NCBI GenBank assembly: GCA_951406725.2
Contig: OX597815.1
Coordinates: 53,010,001-53,074,000 of the forward strand
Direction of reading: 5' to 3'
Length of the DNA: 64,000 nucleotides
Source of the DNA: Octopus vulgaris
Taxonomy: Eukaryota
Shown: piece after piece, positions 13,379 to 26,859 of the stretch
How positions within the stretch are numbered: position 1 is the stretch's first letter
Layout: every line of letters begins with the position of its first letter
Made by a program: the position numbers and the translations under genes
The notes under the pieces: model-generated
What the model was told of the DNA's origin: nothing
The model's input: only the letters and a program-made list of their open reading frames with translations
The model's database searches: none

Positions 13379-15204
13379 CAAAAGAGGGACTCATGAAAAC
13401 CAAAGACATCCCCATTAGAAGAGGAATATTCCAGGGAGACACGCTCTCTCCACTCCTTTTCTGCTTGGCACTGTCACCTCTATCTGATATGCTAAATAGA
13501 ACTGGATGCGGATATAAATGTTACGGCAAAACGATCAGCCACCTTTTATATATGGATGACCTAAAACTATATGCTGCAAATGACAAACAACTGGAAACAC
13601 TATTAAAGACAGTTCATGGATTTACCAAAGAAATAGATATGAAATTTGGATTAGAAAAATGCGCCAAAGTAACCATGAAAAGAGGAAAACTAGTTAAGAG
13701 TAACAACATCACACTAGATAAAACCAATGAAATAAAAGAATTAGACCAAAGCCAAACTTACAAAAACTTAGGAATCCATGAACTAGATAAGACACAACAC
13801 ACACAAATGAAAGAGAAAATAAAAAAAGAATATTATAGACGAGTTAGATCAATACTAAAAACAGAGCTCAATGCTAAAAACAAGATAATAGGTATCAACA
13901 CTTTAGCTGTCCCAGTTATAAGTTACAGCTACAATATCCTTAACTGGACACGAAATGAACTGTCCAAAATAGATAGGAAAACAAGAAAAATACTGACAGG
14001 ATCTAGGATGCACCACCCAAAATCTGACATAGAAAGACTATATATACAACGTATAGAAGGTGGTAGAGGCCTTATACAGCTGGAAAACTACTATAAAATA
14101 ACCACCTTAGGACTGCAAAAATACCTACTTCAGAAGGAAGGAAAACTGATCCAGATAGCGGCAAAACACGAGCAAAACAAAAAACTGTTCTCAGTATTTA
14201 AGGAAGCTGACAAATACAAACAAGAAATCATACCACCTAATAAACACAAAGAAGAAGAAGAAGATGATAAAGAAACAACAAAAGCTATAAAACAAATGAA
14301 ATCCAAACTAAAAATAGAACAGCAACGAGCCATGATAAAACGATGGCAAGAAAAGCCCCTTCATGGTAAATACTGCACTAAACTAAACGCAAAAGAAATA
14401 GACAAAGAAAAATCCCAGCAATGGTTGAGAAGCTCAGGACTCAAAGCAGAAACAGAGGGATTTTTAATTGCAGCACAAGACCAAAGCCTCCCCACCAGAA
14501 ATTACCAAAAACATGTAATGAAAAGAAATATTACAAGTAACTGCAGAATATGTGGAGATGGACAAGAAACAATAAATCATATTATCTCTAGCTGCCCAGT
14601 CCTGGCTAAGAAGGAATATATTCACAGACATGACAGAGTTGGAACCTACATACATTGGAAGCTATGCCAACATTATGGAATAACAACAGAAAAAAGATGG
14701 TATAGGCACACACCAGAAAAGGTCACAGAAAACGAGAAAGCAACCATACTCTGGGATATGCCGATACACACAGATAGAGAAATTAAGGCCAACAGACCAG
14801 ATATAGTTGTCAGAGATCATGAAGAAAAAAAATGCTTTCTAATTGATGTATCAATACCGGCAGATGACAACGTGTCTCTAAAAGAAATGGAGAAACTCTC
14901 AAAATACAAAGACCTGGAAATAGAGGTAACTAGAATGTGGAACCTGAAAACAGAAACAATTCCTATCATAGTAGGTGCATTAGGCATGATAAAAAATATT
15001 CAGACAAATACATAACAAAAACACCAGGATTTACAAACACATATAACATACAGAAAATTGCACTACTAGGCACTGCACACATCCTACGCAGAACACTTTC
15101 CATACAATAACCATCAGAGCATCACAACAAATCACAGCACATACCCAAGGCACACAGAGCTGCGCTCGGTAGTGAAGTGAAAGCACGCTATAAAAATAAA
15201 ACTA

Positions 15205-15207
<3 letters not shown>
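13374..15207 (+). mobile_element. Young 5'-truncated R4/Dong-type non-LTR retrotransposon inserted in (AAT)n
   Basis: 540-aa ORF, ~100-bp 3' UTR, (AAT)n on both flanks. Confidence 0.93.
13393..15110 (+). CDS. RT (C-terminal half) + CCHC zinc knuckle + PD-(D/E)xK restriction-like endonuclease
   Basis: RGIFQGDTLSPLLF, HLLYMDDLKL, GGRGL, CRICG..ETINHIISSC, RHD, WDMPIHTDREIKANRPDIVV..LIDVSIP..EKLSKYKDL. One frameshift in the A-run at ~14991-14996; the shifted frame continues ..IQKIALLGTAHILRRTLSIQ* to 15110. Confidence 0.93.
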
Positions 15208-15283
<76 letters not shown>

Positions 15284-15305
15284 TTACTACTAATAATAAT
15301 AATAA
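15208..15305. repeat. (AAT)n tail/target microsatellite
   Basis: Read directly from the sequence. Confidence 0.95.
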
Positions 15306-17167
15306 ACAACAGCAGTAGCAACAGCAGCAACAACATTCACAACATCTGATTCAAGAGTAACTTTAACTTTACACGATAGTCCTAACACGCAACTGAATGC
15401 AACAACACTATTTGTTCACCGTGCCTTAACTGGAATTCACTTTGCTGCAAATATTCATACGGGACCCCAATCAATTCTGAAGGTGTTTAGGATGGACATC
15501 AACGCATACAATTTTAAAAGTCAGGTAGGGACTGCAAAGGTGTCATTTAAGGGTTCAGTCCTACCTATTCTGGCCTGCTAACAATGAAAATACACCACGC
15601 GCAGGGGACAGAATGGAAAGTTCAAAACAAAACGAAACACTTTATTATATAATTCTCTCTCTCTCTCTCTTTCTGTCTCTTACTCGCTCTTTCTCCCTCT
15701 CCCCCCTCACTCTCTTATCCATTCACTCTTTCTACCTTTCTATCGTTCTCATGTTCTTGCTCTTAACTTCTATCAGTTTGTATGTCTTGCTCTTAGTGCA
15801 ACTTTATATCAAGAACATAACAGGGTTGTAGCGATAAGCATATAAAAATCTACCGTTATTCTGTCAGTCAACCACGTCTATTGCGAAGATAAATATCTTT
15901 CTTCTGACATTCAATGACATGAACAGGATCAATATTAAAACCAGACATTTCTCATGTTCTCTGCTTTAAACATCTTTGCAAGGAAAGGTATTCAATGGCA
16001 AGGTATATGCACCAACACGCATACATGCATACAATTACTAATTCACGTTATCTTAAAGTTAACGTTTTGGCTTAGTATGGCTTCGATTTACAGAGATTAT
16101 TCAATGAATATTTTGGCATGAGAATAAAGGAATAAATAATGGTGAAATACATGAAGCCGAGGCAGTAAATGACAAAGAAGGGAAAAAAACGTTGTGACTC
16201 ATTGCGAATCACTGACATAGAAAATGTCTCTTTAGTTGGGTGTATAAATAGATGTTTAACCCCCCGATCAGCTGTTCTTCAGTAGATCTATGAAGAAAGC
16301 ATTCCATTCGAGATTATACACCTTTTTGTATATGAGGGACTGTATTGTGTAATATATCCTTCTCTTTTGGAGATGTATGCAAAAGGATCCGTTAATTGGG
16401 TTTGCTCGTGTATATGTAACTGGCAAGTCCCTCTTCATAGCGCATGTCTGATTAACCTGTGAAAAACTAGCTGTTGACTATGGAACAGATGACATCTTTC
16501 TTTGTCATCTATGCTGTCTTGTTAAAAAGCTGGGCCAACACCGCTTAATATCAGTATCGCCAAAGGTTTTGCAGTTAGAATGTAAAGAGCAGAAACATAT
16601 ACCTCAAAGAATCATGTCCGACGCACGCACAATTCTACTGGTCCACCATGTTGGTTCACCATTTGAATAACCATCGACCCTGAAAGAATAAAAGGCATAG
16701 CTAACCTTGGTAGGATATGAACTCATAGCGCAGAGTGATAGTTTAGATGGACTGATAGTCAACATACGTGCGCGCATGTATGTTCGAGTACTTTCCAATC
16801 CTTAGAGACGCGATGAAGGTTTACGGTTGCTTTTTAACATAGTTAGCTGTACACTTTTCAAATCGACGTCTGCGACAATCTGTTCTGTAATTTGTGGAAT
16901 TCTATGAAGCCTGCTGAAAAAGCTTTGCCGTTGAGAAATGTCACCGAAACTGCCGCCCTAGGTAATTACTGTCGATTATTTCATCCATTTCCGTCATATA
17001 TTTTGCGGTTTGGGAAACTTCTTACATTTACTTTGTTAATTTGTTCCATAATTTTCAGGTCGAACCTATTGTAACCATCCAGATATATATTAATACTGAT
17101 CGGATGTTGACTGCTGAAAAACTAACCTCGAAAAAAGATCGTGGATTGTTTTCCAACCACTATGTTA

Positions 17168-17174
<7 letters not shown>

Positions 17175-17229
<55 letters not shown>

Positions 17230-17250
17230 GCACGCACGCACACACACACG

Positions 17251-17341
<91 letters not shown>
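17175..17341. repeat. Long (CA)n microsatellite
   Basis: Read directly; representative of dozens of (CA), (TA), (TATC) and (TATG) tracts in the window. Confidence 0.95.
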
Positions 17342-17343
<2 letters not shown>

Positions 17344-17899
17344 CATGCATGTATATGTATGTGTTTTTACATTCACAGATTTGTTACAATTCTCGGATAG
17401 AAGAACAACTATTACTGGCTTCGAATCGAAGCAAGGGTTTGAATCGTCTTAACCTGGCCAAGTCCATCCTTGAAAATTTTCAAAACAACCGTAATAGCTT
17501 CTCTGAAGTTATTTCTCACACCTTCAGAAGAAGCGCACAGAGAATTTACTGCACGTAAAAATAAGTATATTTTTTATTGAAAGAACGGATACATTTGTTT
17601 CATTGCGGACTTACTGCTCTCATCAGTTTTTTTAGATTGTTACTATGTGTTTGTATGTACGACCCATAAATATACACTCAAACAAATGCACCTGTATACA
17701 CTGACTCACGCATATACTAAATATATATTAAAAGGATGGAGAGAGTGAATGGGATGAGAAAGAAATAGGAAAGGGTGGGAAAATGAATATATGAAGACAG
17801 GAGAAGTTCCAGAGAAAAGAACGGAAATAAAAAAATCCAGATGGATTTAGGAAAACACACTTGGAGAAAATATATTATATAAAGATCTGTAAAGAGCAA

Positions 17900-19740
17900 A
17901 GAGTATATTAAGGTAAAGGTGGAGCCTATAGTGAATCCATTACCAGAGTATAATTTTCTCTTTTATATGTAGATGGAAAAATCTCTTACTTGACTTAGAG
18001 ATGTAAGGTTGGTTTCTGCAAATTTCTATGAATTATGCTCTTTTCTACTAGGCAAAATTTGCATTTCTTGGTACCATTCATGTAAGGTCTGGAATTTTTG
18101 CTATTCTCCAGCTCATGTCAAAGCCTAGATATCTTCTTTTCATTGCCCGATGTACATTTTAATCTTTGTCCTATTCCGTTTTCCGGTGTTTCTGAATGAG
18201 GCATCCTTTGGTCATAGTTCTCATCAGTAGTTTTCAGTTACGCCTCATAAAGGATTGGCTCAATGCGGATGCGCTGTAAAATTCAAGCATGAACAACCAG
18301 CTCAACAGTAGGGCTGGATTTGTTTCATATTATTTATTTCAGATAGAGGTGCAGCTGTTGGTGGTTTTAACTGTGTGTTTATTGAAAAATCTTGTGAATG
18401 TATGTCTTTGTTGGGGATGGCTACTTTAAATTAAAGATGTTGCTTGTATTAGGTTTACCGTTGAGTGAGAAGTGGCATACAAACCAAATTACCAAATTGT
18501 ACCTAGTTCTTTTGGCGGCACACTGGCTGTGATTGTACGATGATAGGCTAGAGATTTGTCTGCTCACATCTTTCCAGAGTTTCTTAAATACTAGAGAGGG
18601 TGACAGGAAACTATGTTAATGCATGTAAATTTCTCATTTTGATTCCTAAAAGGCTTAATGGAACCAGTAATGTCCAGAGTGACACCCAGATAATTAACTA
18701 CTCTCAGGTTAGTCTCTATAATATTTTTTATATGGACGGAAATGAAAGTATATATAATGTTTATTTTAAAGCCATCTAGCATGGTTGAAAGTGGATAGTG
18801 GAGGGTAACCTTCTTTCAAAAATATCTGACATAAGAAGTCTAAAAAAAGGTTTTAGTTGTCTGTGCCATAGAACGAACCCAGGATTACACCAAACACTGG
18901 GTCTGCCCTCCGTTATTGGTTTTACCTCGGTTGAGACCTCCATTACCAGGATCTTCCTAGCATGAATTATGATCTTTATGTCTTTGATGCTTATCAGAGC
19001 GTGTAGCTTAACAAAATCGAGTGTTTTAGTGAACAAATTTTTGGATATGAAAAGTTGAACATCGACAGTATCGAACTGGGAGAGTCTACTGTTGTTCTCA
19101 TCTCATATGTTTGACTCTAGGGATAGCCTCGCAGGTGTTATTCCATTTAGCAATGCTGCTTTTTTAAAATTGTAATGTTGATACTTAATATTTTCATATT
19201 GATGAAACTCATCTATAATTTGTGATATATTAACCTAGATAAAAGTTTGGATATAAAGTTATTTTTATGGTTCTTAATGGTGATAACAGCTATAAATTTG
19301 GTGAGTGTTTCTATCCGACTTGAACATATATGTGTAAGCTTGAACATATGCATTTAGAGTTAATGTTCCAACTGCTGTGTTCCTGGGAATATGTTTTAGA
19401 GTAAATTTGAGTAATGTTGCTATTGAGAACCTGACAGTAAAAGTCAGGATTTATCTCATAAATGTTCTTTGTTTCGTTCAATGAGGACAAGGTCTTATTA
19501 CATCTTTGCAGTTGGGATCTGAAGGAACCCAAATCCTTGAGCTCTGATTCGAGGTACTTGGAAGAAAATTTTCGTTATCTTATGTCTCCATGTTTGTTGG
19601 TCATGTCTTGTCAGGAGAAGTCATGGAAGTCGGTATCTAACAAGTCTTACTATCTCTTCCAGCAGTTTCTCGTTGATTGGTTCGTTTGATGGAGTAGAGC
19701 TAGTCTTCATCGTGTCGTTAAGGTTCATAATGACCAGCAT
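17900..19740 (-). pseudogene. Heavily decayed Penelope-like element (Naiad-like)
   Basis: TKNIYEI; QFDTVD; IETNLRVVNYLGVTLDITGSIKPF..INIVSCHP (18591-18782). Many frameshifts. Confidence 0.72.
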
Positions 19741-19857
19741 AAAATAGTAGAGGGAATAACACCATCCCATAAATAAGTAACTACTTAACCTGACCAGATG
19801 ACTACGACGAAACAGGAATACAGATATATTCAATAATAAAACACACAAACACACACG

Positions 19858-19919
<62 letters not shown>

Positions 19920-20594
19920 ACACACACACACACACACACAAACTAATCTGAACGCAAGCAGATATGCTCATGCTCTCACACCACTATTTTCATTATATGA
20001 ATGTATGTGTGTGTGTGTGTTTATATCGTTGCACTTGTGTGTATGTATAAATGTATGAATGCATGTATGAATGTATGCATATATGCATATATATATGTCT
20101 ATATTATGTATGTGTTTGTGTGTACGATGTGTACACACAAGCATAAACACTCACACAGACTCGCGCACGGGTGCACATACACACGCATGCACAAACAATC
20201 ACATACACACACACACTTGAGAGTTTAGTGACATTACTTCATTACTTCCACCATGGTAACGAATAAGATTCGTTGAGATGTGTTGTCGCTAGTCTGGGAT
20301 TTCACATGCACAATCTCAATGTAAACTAAATCTCATTAATTACTTCATTGCGTATGTTTGCATGTCTGTCTGCCTGCCTGCATATATGTATGTGTATATG
20401 TATGCATGCATGTATGCATGTAGGTGTGTGTGAATGTCTATATGCATGTATATATATATATATATGTATGTATGATGTATGTATGTATGTATGTATGTAT
20501 GTATGTATGTATGTATGTATGTATTATGTATGTATGTGCGTATGTATATATGCATGTATGTATGCATGAATGCGTATGCGTGTGTAATAGAGTT

Positions 20595-21000
20595 ACTGAA
20601 GGAATCGTTTCATCTCACGACATCATAGATCTGCGCCTAGAAAATCTTGCTTCTGTCTCATTGGTAGAGCATCGACCGATGTTTCTATAGAGACCAACAC
20701 GTGATTGACATCCTGGTTGTAGCGACTGCCTGAAAGCGCTGTCTGCCGGTTTTGTTCTGTCGCTGTTTTTCTGTCGATCTTGTTTTTCTTCATCACTAAA
20801 CTTCAGAATCTCCCCTCATCATTTTCAACCCATGTCTGGTTCTGGTTTCCAGCGGGTGCGATCATCATTAACGTCCTCCCACGTTTCAACGTTCTTGTGA
20901 AGAGAATGCACGTCTCTCTTACAAACGACTTTAAAACAAATATGGGCCATGCCTGTGTTTTCTCGTCGGAGGCCAGTTCACGTGATATTTTCTCTTCAAC
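20595..21000 (-). pseudogene. 3' fragment of an RTE (BovB-like) LINE
   Basis: Minus frames give ELASD..FKVVCKRDV..ETWED..DRTRW and the terminal CQSRVGLYRNIGRCS, matching the RTE C-terminal pattern GRP..RFKD..KRD..W...A.DR..W / C.SR.GL.SH.R.C. Confidence 0.72.
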
Positions 21001-21379
21001 AATTACGAGCTTTTGTTTGAACAAAACTTCAATTTAAATAAATAAAGAGCAAAATAATATAGAAACTTAAATTTTATATCATTATGAGTTTGCTATGAGA
21101 GGACATTTAAGTTAATAGCAAATTCTTAATTGTAAATTTAATACGAAAACTCTAGTGGATTGTTGTACACCATAACACAATCTATGCATTGATGTAAGTT
21201 ATGGTGAATATAAGGGTGTCGAAAAAATATTGAATGTAATTGAATTAGTAGTTATTACAGTAGGTAGAAATTAGTTCCAGGCAAAATAAGGAAGTAAAAT
21301 ACAGAAAAGTAGAAGCAAATTAGAAGAAAATGAGAAACTAATGGATGTGTACACACATCTTTCTTCTATCTTTCATCTA

Positions 21380-21590
21380 TATACTTGTTCCAGTCATTAG
21401 ACTGCAGCCATACTGGGGCACTACCTTGAGGAAATGTAGTCAAACGAATCAATCCAAATATTTATCTTTTAAAGCCTGATTCTTATGCTGACTCTTTTGC
21501 CGAAACGCTGAGGGACGTAAGCATACTAATACTGGTCGTCAAGTGGTGATGGGGTCAAACACAGACATAAAGATACACGCACGCGCACAC
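21380..21590 (-). mobile_element. SINE family A 3' part
   Basis: gactgcagccatactggggcactaccttg...ttttgccgaaacgct matches the 3' half of the 24843-25320 element. Confidence 0.65.
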
Positions 21591-21599
21591 ACACACATA

Positions 21600-21638
<39 letters not shown>

Positions 21639-21654
21639 GTAAGTACATAGATGC

Positions 21655-21790
21655 TAAACAAGATAGAAAAAGTAGTACTCGAATACCAAAGGTAGAGTAA
21701 TATACTATTTATTAAAACCGAAAGAAATCTTCACAAACTGTTACTCGGAGTTTTACATGACCGTTTGTCAGAGAGTTGTGATAATACTGA
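21655..21790 (-). mobile_element. Solo PLE pLTR with a degenerate hammerhead
   Basis: Similar to 40060-40170; minus strand ctgacaa acggtcatgt aaaa ctccgag ta acagttt. Confidence 0.5.
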
Positions 21791-21829
21791 ATATGTGAGT
21801 ATATATGATATAATAATAATCCATTCTAC

Positions 21830-22025
21830 TATAGGCACATGACCTGAAATGTTGGAGGGGGGTAGTTGAGTACATCGATCCCAGTGGTCAGCTGTTAATT
21901 ATTTTATCGACTTCGAAAGCATAAAACGCAAAGTCGACCTCGGAGGAATTTGAAATTAGAACGTGAAGACGGACGAACTACTGCTAAGCATTTCTCCCGG
22001 CGTGCTAACGATTCTGCCAGTTCAG
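21830..22025 (-). mobile_element. SINE family B copy
   Basis: aaagtcgacctcggaggaatttgaa...cgtgctaacgattctgccag. Confidence 0.75.
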
Positions 22026-22039
22026 TATAATAATACAAT

Positions 22040-22298
22040 ATAGTCTTACAGTTCAAAAATATGGTAAGTAATATAGGAAAGCGCCTTCCCTCATTGTCAT
22101 CGGACGAGGCAGTTTTTCATGCTGTCTCCCCGTATTACAATGTTGTACTGCGTAATAACTGGTTCTCAGAGAAGATCCCCTATATTGGCAATGTAGGTAA
22201 CCATTATAGGACCCATAGAACTAGATCTAGAAAGGTTTTGTGGTATAATCCAACATGTATTATTACCGATAGAACCAATGTAGGTGGAGAATTTTTAA
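22040..22298 (+). pseudogene. PLE RT-to-EN linker fragment
   Basis: NIGKRLPSLSSDEAVF..PYYN..RSRKVLWYNP..TNVGGEFL; possibly resumes at 22651-22705 (IVER..FPRLLPLH). Confidence 0.75.
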
Positions 22299-22299
22299 T

Positions 22300-22489
22300 A
22301 CAGTTCTATATTTAAGAGATAAGGAATTATGTACATTATTTACATTATTTACATTTGACGGATATTTGTCCTCATCTTGTTTGTTGTTAACACAACATTT
22401 CGGCTGATATACCCGCCAGCCTTCATCAGGTGTCTTGGGAAATTTTCGAACCTGTGTTCTCATTCCTAAGATATTTTTCGATGTTGTTG

Positions 22490-22572
<83 letters not shown>

Positions 22573-22649
22573 TTTCAGGTCACTGCTGGGAATCGAACTC
22601 GGAATCTTGGGGTTAGTAGCCCGCACTTTTAACCACTACGCCATATGCC
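22300..22649 (-). mobile_element. tRNA-headed non-autonomous element: tRNA-like head + (AAT)n + hammerhead-bearing tail
   Basis: Head 22576-22649 with A box TGGCGTAGTGG and B box GTTCGATTC; (AAT)n ~22492-22572; HHR at 22389-22436. Confidence 0.78.
22389..22436 (-). ncRNA. Minimal type I hammerhead motif
   Basis: aagacac CUGAUGA a ggctg..cagcc GAAA tg UU gtgtt; helix I gacac/gtgtt. Confidence 0.68.
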
Positions 22650-23049
22650 TATTGTAGAAAGGCTATTAGTTTACTTGTATTTTCCTAGATTACTTCCCTT
22701 ACACCCTTACCTTATAAGTACGCGAAATCACAATCACACGTACACGCACACACATACACACACGCATATACATACACACACTATATATATATAAACATAT
22801 ATACACACGCACAAACCTACATACAGATATGCACTCATATTCACATATACGAATGTACACATTAAAACATACACACATGCACACTTCATGTGCCCATAGA
22901 CACGTACGTATTGTCAAGCAAGAAAGTTATATGCAAACAAGAAAAAAGCAATGCGATGTAAAGCAAGATAAAAGGAGGGAAATAATCGAAAATATTCTAT
23001 ATAAAAATAAAAACAGAGATGAAGTACAGATTATTACTTATTTTTTCAT

Positions 23050-23260
23050 CCGTTTAAATCATTCTACTGCAGCGATGCTGGGGCACCGCCTTGAAGACGC
23101 CAGTAATTTCTTGTTTCTTTTCTCTTTTTTAATCTGAACGGAACTTATTCAATCGTATCTCTTTCCAAACCGCTAAGTTACAGGACACAAACAATCGAAC
23201 ACCAGTTGTCAAGCGGTGGTGAGTGACAAACACATACATAGACAAGCAGATAGACATACA

Positions 23261-23295
<35 letters not shown>

Positions 23296-23420
23296 CGGGC
23301 TTTTTTTAGTTTCCCTGTAACAAACCCACTCATGTGGCTTTGGTCAGCCCGAGGCAATAGCAGAAGACACTTGCCCAAGGTGACGCGCAAGCTTCTTACC
23401 ACATAGCCATGCCTGCTCCT
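23050..23420 (-). mobile_element. SINE family A copy with internal (CA)n
   Basis: gacacttgcccaaggtg, gctggggcaccgcctt. Confidence 0.75.
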
Positions 23421-23767
23421 AATGAGATATACGAAATGAAATAGCCCAAGGAAAGAAACAAGATGGTTGACAGTAATGTAAAATTCTAGCTAATGTGAAA
23501 AAATAAGATATCGTTGAAGAACGAAATTAAATACTATAAGAGGAAGTGAAATGAAATTGAAATGAATAGAGCTTGCAGGACCTTCAGCAATACATAATAC
23601 CGCAACATATTAAAAGTTTTCCGGACATAGACTTAAAAGTATGTATATATAAGGAGACTGGAAAATCATGGACAAAAATGCTGTATAAAACGGCAGGAGG
23701 TCGTTTAAAAATATTCAAAGCGCAGCACCACTACCGGCCGTCGCCGGCACCAGCACAAACATCGCCA

Positions 23768-23768
23768 T

Positions 23769-23822
<54 letters not shown>

Positions 23823-24108
23823 CACAACATCAACAACCACAACAACGACAACGACAACCACAACAACAACAACATCAAAAACAACAACAACAATATCATC
23901 AACAACAACAACCACAACATCAAAAACAACAACAGCAACAGCAACAACAGCAACAACATCAACAACAACAACCACAACATCATCAACAACAACAGCATCA
24001 TCATCAACAACAACATCAAAAACAACAACAACATCAAACACAACAACAACATCATCATCATCATCAACAACAACAACAACAGCAACAACAACAACAACAG
24101 CAGCAGCA
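23768..24108. repeat. Degenerate (CAA)n/(CAT)n tract
   Basis: Read directly from the sequence. Confidence 0.9.
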
Positions 24109-24842
24109 AAAGAAATTCGTGTGTATTTACTTAATGACAGAATTTCTCTCTTCGCTCACCCTTTACATGGTGTCGTCAAAGAGGTTCAACTTTTATCAGC
24201 CTTTCAAACACACGGGCCCTTCTTAATTTCCCAAGAGCTGCAAGGGGAACACCATTAGTAGTGTTGATGCTAGTGTTATTGTTGTTGCTCATATAGTTGT
24301 TGTTGTTTATTTCTATGTTGGCTTTGACTAAGTAGATCAAACGTGCTTCACCCACGACTATCTTGTTTTTTCCCCCAACGTAGTGTATCGGCCATTAAAG
24401 CAGAAATACAATGAAGTGTCCCCTTTTGTGTATTCTGCAGAATCCAGAGAAAAATGTGCATCAAAAAACGGAGTGCGAAACCGGAAACGTCATCAAGGAA
24501 AAAACGTCATCAAGGGAAAAAACTCCTAAAAACGAAAATGAATTGTCTCCCTTGTCAATATTCCTGTTCCAAACGACAGCTTCTGTTAAGGTCGTTTGGA
24601 TGGTAGAATCGGTACAGGAGGAAGCAAAATACCCAAAAGAATCTAGTTAAAATCCACAGTAACTTTCAACTGGTGGGTGACGAAGTTAAATAACAATAAA
24701 GTACTTGAGTGGATTGCCTTATTTGCTTATATTACGACTAATCAGTTTCAAATCTCGACACATGATAGACACACGACAAGCATTACAACTTAAACTTCGT
24801 CTTCAATAAGACTGAATACATACAAACAAATATTTATATATA

Positions 24843-25017
24843 GGCGTAGGCGTGGCTGCGTGGTAAGAGGCTTGCTTCTCAACTACATGGTTCCAAATTC
24901 AGTCCCAATGCGTGACACCTTGGGCAAGTGTCTTATACGTACTATAGCCTCGAGCCGATCAAAGCCTTGTGAGTGGATTTGGTACACGGAAACTGAAAGA
25001 AGCCTGTTGTATATATG

Positions 25018-25077
<60 letters not shown>

Positions 25078-25320
25078 CGTGTGTGTGTGCATGCACGCGC
25101 GCGCGTATGTATTTGCCCCTCTCCTCATCGCTTGTCAACTGATGGTAGTGTGTTTACGTTCCAGTAACCAGCGGTTCGACAAAAGACTCCGATAGAATAA
25201 GTACTAGGCTTCAAAAAAAAAAAAAAAAGATCTAGGGTCGATTTGTTCGAGAAAAACCTTTAAGGCGGTGCCCCAGCTTGGCCGTAGTGAAATGGTTGAA
25301 ACAAGCAAAAGATAAAAGAT
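24843..25320 (+). mobile_element. Full-length tRNA-derived SINE family A with internal microsatellite
   Basis: A-box-like tggctgcgtgg, caccttgggcaagtgtctt core, internal (TG)n, 3' aaggcggtgccccagc..aaaagataaaaga tail. Confidence 0.82.
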
Positions 25321-25356
<36 letters not shown>

Positions 25357-25358
<2 letters not shown>

Positions 25359-26789
25359 AGCAGTATCGCCCGGCGTTGCTCGGGTTTGTAAGGGAAATAA
25401 CTATATAAGCATTTTTAGAGAGTTACTTCCCTTATAGTGCCAATTCGGGCTTTCTTAGCCATTTCTGTTTTGGTGTTTTCAAGCCATGAAGTCGTTGTTC
25501 TAAAAGAACGCTGGTCTCCTTGACAATGCTTTACGACGTTGATTTCCTTACACTCCCTTCCCCACAGCTTCACGAGGGAGGGAAGAAGGGGGAGAAGCAA
25601 ACAGGTGCAGGTGTGACCATGGACGCCAACTCCGCCGCCATCGACACACGATGCATTTTATGCATTAAAATGGAATAAAAAATGATGTTAAGTTATTTAA
25701 AAAATCGTAGACTCATCGTTGATGCGCGCTAATAGCCAGACGGGCTCGATATGAATCACGACTATAAGATACCCGAATTTGGTTAAACTGCACCACAAAA
25801 TGTGGGAGTAGTTAGGAATCTAAATCGAAGGGGACAGACACTCACACAACTACAGTTTTATATATATACTAGCAGTATCGCCCGGCGTTGCTCGGGTTTG
25901 TAAGGGAAATAACTATATAAGCATTTTTAGAGAGTTATAGCCAAAAAATAGCAAAAAAATGCATTAAAAATGGGAAAAAAAATTATGTTAAATTTTTTTT
26001 AAATCGTTGACTCATCGTAGACATTTTTAGAGAGCTACTTCCCTTATATAATAGCGAAAAAATGCATTAAAATGGGAAAAAATGATGGTAAATTATTTTT
26101 TAAATCGTAGACTCATCGTAGACGTGCGCTAATACCCAGAAGGGCTTGATATGAATCACGACTATAAGATACCCGGTTTTGGTTAAACTGCACCGCAAAA
26201 TGTGGGAGTAGTTAGGAATCTAAATCGTAGGAGACAGACAGCACGCAACCTCTCTTTTATATATAAAGATTACTAACCAGTAGCATTTATATATACGTAC
26301 TAGCAGTATCGCCCGGCGTTGCTCGGGTTTGTAAGGGAAATAACTATATAAGCATTTTTAGAGAGTTACTTCCCTTATAAATTCGGGCTTTCTTAGCCAT
26401 TTTTGTTTTGGTGTCTTCAAGCCATGAAGTCGTTGTTCTAAAAGAACGCTGGTCTCCTTCACAACGCATTACGACGTTGATTTCTTTACACTCCCTTCCC
26501 CACAGCTTCACGAGGGAGCGAAGGGGGAGAAGCAAACAGGTGCAGCTGTGAGCGTGGACGCCAACTCCGCCGTCATCGACACACGATGCATTTTATGCAT
26601 TAAAATGGAATAAAAAATGATGTTAAATTATTTTAAAAATCGTAGACTCATCGTTGACGCGCGCTAATAGTCAGACGGGCTCGATATGAATCACGACTAT
26701 AAGATACCCGAATTTGGTTAAACTGCACCGCAAAATGTGGGAGGAGTTAGCAATCTAAATCGAAGGGGACAGACACTCACACAACTACA

Positions 26790-26800
<11 letters not shown>
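25357..26800 (-). mobile_element. Tandem array of three non-autonomous Helitrons (25357-~25866, 25869-26269, 26300-~26800)
   Basis: On the minus strand each copy ends with the hairpin cccgagcaacgccggg + cgatactgCTAG|T; copy 2 begins A|TC. Confidence 0.85.

Positions 26801-26859
<59 letters not shown>

Noticed and set aside
17585-17630. ctgatga..gaaa caaatg ta on the minus strand
   Set aside because: HHR-like spacing, but helices I and II do not pair; at best a decayed copy.
18180-18232. ctgatga..gaaa near the 3' end of the decayed PLE
   Set aside because: Plausible position, but no NUH triplet or convincing stems remain.
22576-22649. Functional tRNA gene
   Set aside because: The acceptor stem does not pair and there is no oligo-T terminator after it; treated as a SINE head.
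24411-24650. 79-aa ORF with an acceptor-like site
   Set aside because: No motif and a weak donor.
25357-26800. CRISPR-like repeated 30-60 bp blocks
   Set aside because: Eukaryotic context; the intervening sequences are homologous to each other and carry Helitron termini, with no cas genes.
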